A stretch of DNA of 64,000 nt from Candidatus Uhrbacteria bacterium (lineage in GTDB: Bacteria > Patescibacteriota > Patescibacteriia > UBA9934 > GWF2-40-263), in contig JAHFIQ010000001.1 of the NCBI GenBank assembly GCA_023246355.1, positions 145,887 to 209,886 of the forward strand. Reading direction: 5' to 3'. The notes under the pieces were generated by a model. The model did not search any database, had not been told where the DNA came from, and saw only the letters and a program-made list of their open reading frames with translations. The position numbers were made by a program, and so were the translations under genes. This document shows, piece after piece, positions 7,636 to 16,255 of the stretch (position 1 is its first letter; each line of letters opens with the position of its first letter).

Positions 7636-9669
7636 ATGCCGTTATCATACACTATGGCTATACAAACAGAATCCTCTCTGAACCGATTCCTCCTGACAGC
7701 AACAAGAGTCGGAATGTTCTCCACCTTGCTCACTCCCCTGCTGTACTGGAGCAAGCTCATGTTCCTTCAAAACTCAACCAAAACATACTTCATCTACATC
7801 ATGAGTGAAATTACGCTTGTGCTCTTTCTCTGGCTCATCGCAAGAGCGCCAGAGTGGCGGCCGCGTATCACGCTGACCACGAAACTTTTCTTTCTCTACA
7901 TCCTGATCCTTGTCCTTGCATCCTTGCTGGGCGTTGATCCATCTTATTCTTTCTGGGGGAGTTTGGATCGGATGGGAGGAATCCTGACATGGCTGCATCT
8001 CACTGCTGTGTTTGTGGTTCTCACAAGCTTGATGCGCACACAAGAAGATTGGGTAAAATTTTTTTCCTTCTCGACTGCGGTTGCCGTCATGATCGCTTTT
8101 ATCCATCTCTTCTCCTTGGGTGGAACGGCGCTCATACCTGAAGCCCGAGGCGGAGCGACCCTGGGCAACTCTTCTTTCTTGGCTGTGTACTTGCTCTTCC
8201 ACACCTTTTTTTCGCTCTTTCTCGCCTCACAACAAAAAAAGAAAGAACGGCTCTACACCTGGCTGAGCGTCTGTGCCTTCTTTGCTCTGACTCTTTCCAG
8301 CGTAAGCGCCGTGGCCGTTCATTTCAGTTTGATCGGTGGAATGGTCCTGCTTTCCATTCTCCTGCTTATCGTCCATGGACGCTCCAAAACAAAAAAACAG
8401 CTTGGGATCGTTCTGCTCGTCCTCTTGTCGATCGTCTTTCTGACCACAACGATTCTGGCCTTCTTGCCTGAGAGCTCTGTGCATCAAAAATTTATCGACC
8501 TTTCCTCTGGGTCGCGATTTGCCCTTTGGGATAGTGCTTGGCAGGGCATCAAAGAAAAACCCTTGTTTGGCTGGGGCTTGGAAAACTTCGGCGTCGTAGC
8601 CCTGACGCACTACAACCCCTGCTTTGGATCTCAGGCGTGTGGGTTTGAAATGTGGTTTGACCATGCACACAATAAACTTCTGGACGTTTGGATTGAGTCC
8701 GGCATTCTGGGACTCCTGCTCTATCTTGGAATTTGGATATCCAGCATTCGCGAGCTGTGGCTGGCGCGACAAAAAAAGAACATCACAGGAACCACATTCG
8801 CCATTTTCAGCGCTTTGCTCGCCGCCTACTTTGTCCAAAACCTGACCGTCTTGGATACGATCACGAGTCTCTTGTTGTGGATCATGGTTCTCGCATTTTC
8901 AAATTCTCAAGAAGAGCCAGCCGTAAAAAAATCACGACCCTTGCCCCTGGCCATCCCGACGATCGCAACGATGTTCCTTCCCTTCGCCTTCTTTTTTTTC
9001 GTGATACAGCCCCTGCGCGGCAACCTGGGATTTGAACATGTGCTGAACGCCACAGATCTAGACACTCGGCTTGAAGCCTACGAACGCGCCACCACCCTCT
9101 CCCCTCTTGGCATTGACATGCGTCGGATTTTTCTCGGCGACCAAACGTCCAGCACCTACTGGAAAATCCCGGTCGAGACATTGAGGAGCATCGAGCCTCA
9201 AGCCCGCCTAGAGCTCGGACTCGCTCAAGCTGGTCTCATGGACAGTCTCGGTCACAAGAATCAAGAATTGCGAGCCCACATCGCTCTGGGAATCATGTAT
9301 CAAACTGAGGGACACTTTTTTGATCCTGCGGCCTTTGAGAAAGCCGAAGAAATTTTACTCAAAGCGATTGAACTCTATCCGCTGATCCCTCAACCTAAAT
9401 GGACCTTGGCGGGTGTGTACCTAGACGAAGGAAAATTGGATGAAGCGCTTGCCATGACTCAGTCTGTCTTAGATGCTTCACCTCTTTCACCCCAGGCTTA
9501 CAACTATCAACTCATTGTCCTTAAATGGATGGACGATACTGATGCCTTTGAAAAACTTGCCGCTCAGGCACTTCAGCTCATCCCTAATCTTCAATCAGAC
9601 ATCGACCAACTCACCGCGGTCGACCTGCAAACACGCTCCCAAGAAGTTCTGACCTCATTCCACCGTTAG
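7636..9669 (+). CDS. O-antigen ligase (Wzy_C) family polytopic membrane protein with C-terminal TPR repeats
   Basis: Multiple TM helices. The core reads HAHNKLLDVWIESGILGLLLYLGIWISS. The C-terminal ~250 aa are TPR-like (LGIMYQTEGHFFDPAAFEKAEEILLKAIELYP). Confidence 0.7.
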   Translation: MPLSYTMAIQTESSLNRFLLTATRVGMFSTLLTPLLYWSKLMFLQNSTKTYFIYIMSEITLVLFLWLIARAPEWRPRITLTTKLFFLYILILVLASLLGVDPSYSFWGSLDRMGGILTWLHLTAVFVVLTSLMRTQEDWVKFFSFSTAVAVMIAFIHLFSLGGTALIPEARGGATLGNSSFLAVYLLFHTFFSLFLASQQKKKERLYTWLSVCAFFALTLSSVSAVAVHFSLIGGMVLLSILLLIVHGRSKTKKQLGIVLLVLLSIVFLTTTILAFLPESSVHQKFIDLSSGSRFALWDSAWQGIKEKPLFGWGLENFGVVALTHYNPCFGSQACGFEMWFDHAHNKLLDVWIESGILGLLLYLGIWISSIRELWLARQKKNITGTTFAIFSALLAAYFVQNLTVLDTITSLLLWIMVLAFSNSQEEPAVKKSRPLPLAIPTIATMFLPFAFFFFVIQPLRGNLGFEHVLNATDLDTRLEAYERATTLSPLGIDMRRIFLGDQTSSTYWKIPVETLRSIEPQARLELGLAQAGLMDSLGHKNQELRAHIALGIMYQTEGHFFDPAAFEKAEEILLKAIELYPLIPQPKWTLAGVYLDEGKLDEALAMTQSVLDASPLSPQAYNYQLIVLKWMDDTDAFEKLAAQALQLIPNLQSDIDQLTAVDLQTRSQEVLTSFHR

Positions 9670-11642
9670 TAGAGTTCAAAAATAAGCTGGGCTCGCTTCT
9701 GGTTCACGTCCGCGTTAGAGATGAGACGTATTTGATCTTCCAAGCTTGAGGAAAGCGCATAGGCTTCATTGGCATAGCGCAAAAACAACTCCTGATCACC
9801 CAAAAACTTTACAGCGATCAAACGTTGAATCTGTGATTCAAGAACTGAGGGATCGAGATCAACAGCGGCCTGTGTAAGAGCTACCGCCTCTTCAATTCGA
9901 CTTTGATCAAGAAACACAGCGGCGAGCGCCCAGAGGGGGTGAGGATTGCGTGGATTCAGGTCAATCGCTTTTTTCAGCACTGTTTCTGCATCCTGAAATT
10001 TTGCCGAATTGAAAAATCTCGCCTCTGTGTGATAGAGCAGGCCTAAATGCAACAACGCAATAAGATCATTGGGTGCTCTGGAGGTCGTATCAACGAGGGC
10101 GGTTTCTGAGAGACTGAGCTCTGCGAGGAACTCCGTATTATCCTGGGAAGGATCCGAGAGCATGTCTTTCCAGACCTTTCCCGCTGTTTGACGAGCCAAG
10201 TACCACCGACGCATATCGATGCCAAGTAGAGACCCGTTCACAGCTCGCTCATACAAACTCAATCGTTCCTGGGAGGTTTGAGCCAAGAGAACCTGATCAA
10301 CCGCAAGGTTCCCAAGCACAGGTTGAATCACGGAAAAAAATAGCCCGAAAGGAAGGACGACCGTCGCGACCATTGGAAACCAAACAGGGACAGGCTTGAT
10401 TGGTGAGTGAGCCGACTCCCCTAACCCAGCATATGAAAGCAAGAGGATCCAGAAAAGAAGTGTCACGCCATCATCAAAGCCGGTAAGATTCTGAACAAGA
10501 GAGCCGGCCAAGGCACAAATCACGATCAGAGGAATCACGCCTGAGAAACGACTACGCCACAAGGTCCACAACGTGAGGGCGAAAATACTGAGATAAGAAA
10601 AAAGTCCCATCAATCCTGATGCAACAAGCACGTCAAGAATGATGTTATGAGCACGGTCATACCAAACCTCAATCCCGCAAGGAAGTGACCCAAGACAGGA
10701 ATCATAATGCTGAAAAAACGCTGTCTGAAAATTCTCGAGTCCCCATCCCAACCAGGGGTGTTCTTGCAATGCTTGCCACGCAATATTCCACACAACAAAT
10801 CGCCCACCGTTTGACCTGGAAACAAACGTTTCACGAATCCAACTCGTAGGGTCAGCAAGAGACAGCAGAGCAACAAGAAAACTCAATCCAAGAATGCCCA
10901 GCATACACCAACCGATCTGTTGTATCCCTCTGGTCTTTCCCTTGACGATCAAAAACAAGGAGAGGAACAACACGAGACTCCCCAAAAACGCACCAATGGA
11001 GGCCTGTGCCGTTGAAAGGAAAAGAGCGAGGATGAGGACAGCCGTAGCGATGGCGCTCATCACCCGCAATCGGCCAACGGATTGAGTAGCCAACACGAGA
11101 CTAAAACAAATTTGAAACAGCAGATAGGCACCAAAAAACGTTGAGTTTCCAATCGTTGAACCTGAGTGAGTGGATGAGAGGAGATCAATACCTGCGAAAG
11201 AAAACAGATGCACAGTAGAAACAAGAACCCCAACGATCGTTGAAAGAAGAAAGAATGGTTTCCAATCTTGTGCGGTGCGAAAAACGGAGGAGACGACAAA
11301 AAAAATCAGAACAAGATGGATCCAAAGCAACACGCCAGCCATGCGATCAAGACTCCCCCAAAAACTCAGGACCGGATCACTGCCAAAAAATGCAGAGAGA
11401 GAAAGGACGAGGAGGAATACAACGAGGGCTTTCCCTACACGGTTCGCTCGATACCCGATGGGAGGATGCAAAAAAAGAGACCACACAAAAAAAACGAAAA
11501 TACATTCGCTCACTCCCATGATGAAAAATGTCTTCGTTGACTCAAAATAATACTGCAACGGAGTCCAAAAAAAGAGCGGTGTAAACGCAAGGGCATAAAT
11601 CCCTAAACGAACGAGACGAAGTGAAACAGGCTCTTCTTTCAT
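9666..11642 (-). CDS. O-antigen ligase family + TPR membrane protein (paralog of 7636..9669)
   Basis: RAHNIILDVLVASGLMGLFSYLSIF aligns with the paralog. The C-terminus is TPR-like. The track ORF starts at 11807 but would overlap the divergent gene at 11698. I trimmed the start to M at 11642 (MKEEPVSLRLVRLGIYALAFTPLFFW), which aligns with the paralog N-terminus. M at 11681 is an alternative. The two paralogs overlap tail-to-tail by 4 bp. Confidence 0.65.
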   Translation of the reverse strand: MKEEPVSLRLVRLGIYALAFTPLFFWTPLQYYFESTKTFFIMGVSECIFVFFVWSLFLHPPIGYRANRVGKALVVFLLVLSLSAFFGSDPVLSFWGSLDRMAGVLLWIHLVLIFFVVSSVFRTAQDWKPFFLLSTIVGVLVSTVHLFSFAGIDLLSSTHSGSTIGNSTFFGAYLLFQICFSLVLATQSVGRLRVMSAIATAVLILALFLSTAQASIGAFLGSLVLFLSLFLIVKGKTRGIQQIGWCMLGILGLSFLVALLSLADPTSWIRETFVSRSNGGRFVVWNIAWQALQEHPWLGWGLENFQTAFFQHYDSCLGSLPCGIEVWYDRAHNIILDVLVASGLMGLFSYLSIFALTLWTLWRSRFSGVIPLIVICALAGSLVQNLTGFDDGVTLLFWILLLSYAGLGESAHSPIKPVPVWFPMVATVVLPFGLFFSVIQPVLGNLAVDQVLLAQTSQERLSLYERAVNGSLLGIDMRRWYLARQTAGKVWKDMLSDPSQDNTEFLAELSLSETALVDTTSRAPNDLIALLHLGLLYHTEARFFNSAKFQDAETVLKKAIDLNPRNPHPLWALAAVFLDQSRIEEAVALTQAAVDLDPSVLESQIQRLIAVKFLGDQELFLRYANEAYALSSSLEDQIRLISNADVNQKRAQLIFELY

Positions 11643-11697
11643 AGGATGTATTTGCAAATTGTGTGCCTTTTTTGAAAACATGTAAAATACGGCCGCT

Positions 11698-12660
11698 ATG
11701 CAAAAGAACGTCATTCTCGTCACCGGCGGAGCTGGATTTATTGGTTGCCATGTCGCCAAACGACTTATCGAGCTAGGACACGACGTTGTCATTGTCGACA
11801 ACTTCAATCCTTACTACGATCCATCCTTGAAAGAGGCAAGGATCGCCACACTGCTCAAAGACCTGCCTTTCACTCTGTACAGAAATGACATTCAGGACGA
11901 GCACGCGATGCGGAAAATTTTTGACAGGCACAAACCCAATCTCCTCTGTCACCAAGCAGCCCAAGCTGGTGTGCGCTATGCCACTCAAGATCCTTTTGCC
12001 TACGGACAGTCAAATCTGATGGGCACGCTCACTCTCTTGGAACTGGCTCGAGAGTTTCAGGTACAAGGCATTGTGATGGCTTCAAGCTCGTCAGTCTATG
12101 GCGACGCCGCACACTATCCAGTCAAAGAAACGGACGTGACCGACCAGCCAATCTCTCTCTACGCGGCTACGAAGCGATCCTGCGAGCTCATCGCCTACTC
12201 CTATCATCACCTCTACAACCTTCCTATCACTTGTCTACGCTATTTCACTGTGTATGGTCCTTGGGGACGTCCAGATATGGCGATCTTCTCTTTTACGAAA
12301 GCGGCCATCGAAGGAAAACCGATCAATGTCTACGGTCAAGGCGAAATGGCTCGGGACTTCACCTACATCGATGATATCGTGGATGGTGTCATCAAGGCTC
12401 TTCAAGTGAATCTTCCATGGGCTGTGTTAAACCTCGGTCGTGGAAACGCAGAACCACTCATGCACATGATTCAACTTGTGGAACAAGCGACGGGCGAACA
12501 TCTTGAAAAACGATTCCTCGATATGCAACCAGGAGACGTGAAACAAACGTTTGCGGATGCGAGCCTTGCGAAAGAACGCCTCTCCTGGGAGCCTCACACA
12601 CGCCTGGATGAGGGAGTCGCCGCGTTCGTTGCGTGGTACAAAAAGTACTATGGAGCATAA
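11698..12660 (+). CDS. NAD-dependent nucleotide-sugar epimerase (SDR; UDP-glucuronate/UDP-glucose 4-epimerase-like)
   Basis: VLVTGGAGFIGCHVAKRL is a Rossmann motif. YAATKRSCE is the catalytic Y-x-x-x-K. DNFNPYYDPSLKEAR is typical of the UDP-GlcA 4-epimerase group. Confidence 0.8.
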   Translation: MQKNVILVTGGAGFIGCHVAKRLIELGHDVVIVDNFNPYYDPSLKEARIATLLKDLPFTLYRNDIQDEHAMRKIFDRHKPNLLCHQAAQAGVRYATQDPFAYGQSNLMGTLTLLELAREFQVQGIVMASSSSVYGDAAHYPVKETDVTDQPISLYAATKRSCELIAYSYHHLYNLPITCLRYFTVYGPWGRPDMAIFSFTKAAIEGKPINVYGQGEMARDFTYIDDIVDGVIKALQVNLPWAVLNLGRGNAEPLMHMIQLVEQATGEHLEKRFLDMQPGDVKQTFADASLAKERLSWEPHTRLDEGVAAFVAWYKKYYGA

Positions 12661-13768
12661 AGCTCAAAAAAAAATCGCGGTCTTCTTCACCCACGGGGTC
12701 TCTCTCGAACTCTGGGAAAAACGTGGAATGTTTTCGCGCGAGATAAAATTTTACGAAGCGCTCGCTCATGAGGTCGGTGAAATCTCGTTCTTTACCTACG
12801 GCCGTCACGATGATCGCTACTCCTCACAACTCGATCCTCACATCCGAATTTTTCCCAAACGTCTTCCTGTCCCCAATCTCCTCTACGGAATCCTGTTGCC
12901 CTTTTTACACTGGCGAGAACTTTCCCGAGTCCATCTCATTCGTATCCACCAAGGAGCTGGGGCGATTCCGGCACTCATCGCACATTGGGTCTGGAACAAG
13001 CCATTGATCGTCCGTGCGGGATTCCAATGGTACCTCTTTGCCTCTGGACAACACGCATCACACGCAAAGCTCTGGCTGATCTCGCTTATTGAGCAACTCA
13101 CCTATCGATCCGCGCAGTTTATCATCCATACCACACAACAAGACGCGGACTTCGTCGTGAAGCGCTACCAAATTGACGTGAACAAGCTGCACGTGATTCC
13201 CAACTGGGTCGACACAGACCTATTCAAACCACTGAACATTGAAAAACAGCCGAGGTCCGTCTGCTTCGTTGGGAGATTCGAGGAACAAAAAAACGTTCAG
13301 GTTTTGATCGCCGCTATGAAAGATACTGAGGGAACGCTGATTCTCTACGGCGATGGTTCGCTCAAACGTAAACTCGAAGAACTAGCTCCCGCGCTCCACG
13401 TCAATGCGCAATTCCGTGGTCCCATCGCCAATGAGGAACTTCCTGCCGCGCTCAATGCCTGCGAGATCTTCGTCCTTCCGTCGCTATACGAAGGAAATCC
13501 GAAAGTCCTCCTGGAAGCCATGGCCTGCGGACTTCCAGTCATTGGAACAAACGTTGCAGGAATTCGAGAAGTGATCCATGACAATGAAAACGGAATTCTG
13601 TGCGAACCTCACCAAGAATCAATTCACCAAGCTCTCCAAACCTTGTTGAACGATCGGGCGTCTCATCAGCGTCTTGGATCTGCAGCGCGCAAGACTATTC
13701 TCGCGCACGCGTCCTTACTCAACACAGTGCAGTTAGAAGGGACACTTCTGGACTCCACTCAGGTATGA
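12650..13768 (+). CDS. GT4 family glycosyltransferase
   Basis: The start is trimmed to MEHKAQKKIAVFF. The ATG at 12650 overlaps the upstream stop (ATGGAGCATAA). The C-terminus EGNPKVLLEAMACGLPVIGTNVAGIREVIHDNENGIL is the GT4 E-x7-E region. Confidence 0.75.
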   Translation: MEHKAQKKIAVFFTHGVSLELWEKRGMFSREIKFYEALAHEVGEISFFTYGRHDDRYSSQLDPHIRIFPKRLPVPNLLYGILLPFLHWRELSRVHLIRIHQGAGAIPALIAHWVWNKPLIVRAGFQWYLFASGQHASHAKLWLISLIEQLTYRSAQFIIHTTQQDADFVVKRYQIDVNKLHVIPNWVDTDLFKPLNIEKQPRSVCFVGRFEEQKNVQVLIAAMKDTEGTLILYGDGSLKRKLEELAPALHVNAQFRGPIANEELPAALNACEIFVLPSLYEGNPKVLLEAMACGLPVIGTNVAGIREVIHDNENGILCEPHQESIHQALQTLLNDRASHQRLGSAARKTILAHASLLNTVQLEGTLLDSTQV

Positions 13769-14556
13769 AGTTTTACGATACAACACATCGACGTCTCGCC
13801 GTGTTTGAAAAACAAGCCACACCTGAATTTTGGAATACCCTCTGGAAAAAAGAAGACCTTAAAAAACAGGTAAGCTCTGGAAAAACCTATCACTTCATCG
13901 AAGCGTTCACGAAACGGTACACTCCCCCTGGAGGTCGCATTCTTGAAGGAGGCTGTGGTACGGGACAAGTGGTGAACTGCTTACAGAGATGGGGATACGA
14001 AGCCTATGGCATCGATTACGCAGACAGGACCATCCAAGCTGTGCGTGATCTGTTCCCACATCTGAACCTCTCTGTTCAAGACGTAAGAAAGACGAACTTT
14101 CCGAATGATCATTTCGACGCCTATTGGTCACTTGGGGTCATCGAACATTTTTGGAACGGCTATCATGAGATCACCCACGAAGCCCATCGGGTGTTAAAAC
14201 ACAACGGCATTTTTTTTCTTTCGTTTCCCGCCATGTCACCACTGCGAAAGTTAAAAGCACGCCTCTCATGGTACCAACCGCTGCCGAGAAAAATAGAAAG
14301 CAACGATTTTTACGAATTCATGCTCGATCCCAATAGGGTCATCAAAGATCTGTCTGATCAAGGATTCTCTCTCGTTCATTCCTACTCGTACGATGCCCTC
14401 AAGGGCATCAAAGACGAAATCACTCTGTTCCAACCTCTGACGAAAAAACTCTACGCGAGTAAACACGTGGTTGCCCGAGGAATTCGACTTGCCTGCACCC
14501 TGCTTTTGGGTCGGCTCACAGGACATATGACGTTACTTGTGCTTAAAAAAACCTAA
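13765..14556 (+). CDS. Class I SAM-dependent methyltransferase
   Basis: The start is trimmed to MKFYD, giving an ATGA overlap with the upstream stop. Motif I reads ILEGGCGTGQVVNCL. Confidence 0.7.
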   Translation: MKFYDTTHRRLAVFEKQATPEFWNTLWKKEDLKKQVSSGKTYHFIEAFTKRYTPPGGRILEGGCGTGQVVNCLQRWGYEAYGIDYADRTIQAVRDLFPHLNLSVQDVRKTNFPNDHFDAYWSLGVIEHFWNGYHEITHEAHRVLKHNGIFFLSFPAMSPLRKLKARLSWYQPLPRKIESNDFYEFMLDPNRVIKDLSDQGFSLVHSYSYDALKGIKDEITLFQPLTKKLYASKHVVARGIRLACTLLLGRLTGHMTLLVLKKT

Positions 14557-14558
14557 CT

Positions 14559-15188
14559 ATGTTCCCCATTTTTGTTCGAGCTGCACTCGTCCTCCATAAC
14601 GGGAGTTACAAACTTGCAAGTAAACTTGCAATCAAGGCAGAAGGTGGTTTGCATCCCAAACACCGGCTGATGAACTACCATCAGTTTTTTCTGGACCACA
14701 TTGCATCAACTGATCGCGTCTTGGATATTGGCTGTGGCAACGGAGCTCTAGCGTATGATCTGGCAAAAAAAGCGGAGTCTGTCGTGGGAGTGGATCTCAA
14801 TCCAAAGCATGAGTCTGCCTGGCATGGAAGGTTTGCTGCTCCAAATCTCACCTGTCGCGTCGGCGATGCGACAACACTTAGTACAACGGAAACCTTCGAC
14901 GTCGTCATTCTTTCAAATGTCCTTGAGCACATAGAACACCGCGTCGACTTTTTGAAACGCATCAGGCATCTTGCTCCTCTTTTTCTTCTTCGTGTCCCGA
15001 TGATTGACCGTGATTGGATCACGCTGTACAAAAAAGAACTGGGGATCGAGTACAGACTCGATCAGACACACGTTGTCGAATACACGTTAGAAGGGTTTCT
15101 CCAGGAACTTGAGGACGCTGGACTCGTGTTACAATCGTGGTCCATTCAGTTCGGCGAAATCTGGGCTGTCGTCGACTCACCCTCATGA
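14559..15188 (+). CDS. Class I SAM-dependent methyltransferase (Methyltransf_11/23-like)
   Basis: VLDIGCGNGALAYDLAKKAESVVGVDLNP and FDVVILSNVLEHIEH. Confidence 0.65.
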   Translation: MFPIFVRAALVLHNGSYKLASKLAIKAEGGLHPKHRLMNYHQFFLDHIASTDRVLDIGCGNGALAYDLAKKAESVVGVDLNPKHESAWHGRFAAPNLTCRVGDATTLSTTETFDVVILSNVLEHIEHRVDFLKRIRHLAPLFLLRVPMIDRDWITLYKKELGIEYRLDQTHVVEYTLEGFLQELEDAGLVLQSWSIQFGEIWAVVDSPS

Positions 15189-16255
15189 TGATCAACCGAA
15201 TCCTCTCCCAAATCAAAAGCACCATCGGCAACCTCACCGCCTCGATACGCGGGTTCGATTTGGCATACGTTGTTGAAGGTCACGACTGGTCGATCAAGCA
15301 TGATGGTCAATCGATCACCAAAGCTCTCAACCAACAACAGCTGTTACACGCCCGTACAACATTCACCTCTGTTGGCTTACGTAACCAAATGGTGCATTTC
15401 GGTTCGGTCAATACCTTTTTTACAAAAAAAGGCTGGCATGAACCTCACGCATCAAATCGTGTCATCCTTACATGGTTTCACGTGATAGACGGCGACCCGC
15501 GCATCAACCTTCTCGTTCCCATTCAACACCAGCTCCACGCCATCCATACGTCATGCGAACAAACCAAACGAACACTCACAGATGCCGGAATTGACGAAAA
15601 CAAAATCATCGTCATTCCCCTGGGGGTCGACGTTTCTCTTTTCACTCCCGGGACACCCGAGCAAAAACGAAACGCACGTGAACGATTAGGAATAGCTGCT
15701 GATCGGCTTGTGATCGGATCGTTTCAAAAAGACGGTATCGGATGGGGCGAAGGAGTGGAACCAAAACTGATCAAGGGACCTGACAGCCTTGTAGAAACTC
15801 TCGTCCGCCTCAAGGCGAACAATCCACTTGTTCTTCTGACGGGCCCGGCTCGGGGATACGTCAAACGCGAACTGACCAAACACAGAATTGACTACATCCA
15901 TACCTACCTTCAAGATACAAAAAACCTGCCAGCCATGTACCATGCACTCGACCTCTATCTCATCACTTCACGATTGGAAGGAGGACCGAAATCCCTCTTA
16001 GAAGCATGGGCAAGCGGTGTGCCAGTCGTATCAACACGTGTGGGGATGGTTCCAGACATCGCGATTCATGAACAAACAGTGCTCTTCACTGACGCCGAAG
16101 ATGTTGACGGTCTGGCACAGCTGTCACACAGACTCATGACCGATCAGACTCTCTCTGATCGTCTCGCCCGTCAGGCCCTCATCGTCGTACAGGACCATTC
16201 CTGGGACAAGATCGCTCGCCGGTATGTTGATGAGCTCTACCGTCCCCTGCTATGA
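15185..16255 (+). CDS. GT4 family glycosyltransferase
   Basis: The start is trimmed to MMINRIL, giving an ATGA overlap. The C-terminus reads RLEGGPKSLLEAWASGVPVVSTRVGMVPDI. Confidence 0.7.
   Translation: MMINRILSQIKSTIGNLTASIRGFDLAYVVEGHDWSIKHDGQSITKALNQQQLLHARTTFTSVGLRNQMVHFGSVNTFFTKKGWHEPHASNRVILTWFHVIDGDPRINLLVPIQHQLHAIHTSCEQTKRTLTDAGIDENKIIVIPLGVDVSLFTPGTPEQKRNARERLGIAADRLVIGSFQKDGIGWGEGVEPKLIKGPDSLVETLVRLKANNPLVLLTGPARGYVKRELTKHRIDYIHTYLQDTKNLPAMYHALDLYLITSRLEGGPKSLLEAWASGVPVVSTRVGMVPDIAIHEQTVLFTDAEDVDGLAQLSHRLMTDQTLSDRLARQALIVVQDHSWDKIARRYVDELYRPLL

Noticed and set aside
9666-11807. Long N-terminal extension of the second O-antigen-ligase-like gene; similar upstream extensions at 12551, 13600, 15137, 20234, 27795, 35720, 51598, 58622, 60763
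   Set aside because: The extensions would overlap neighbouring genes. Internal starts coincide with ATGA/GTGA overlaps or conserved N-termini of the families.
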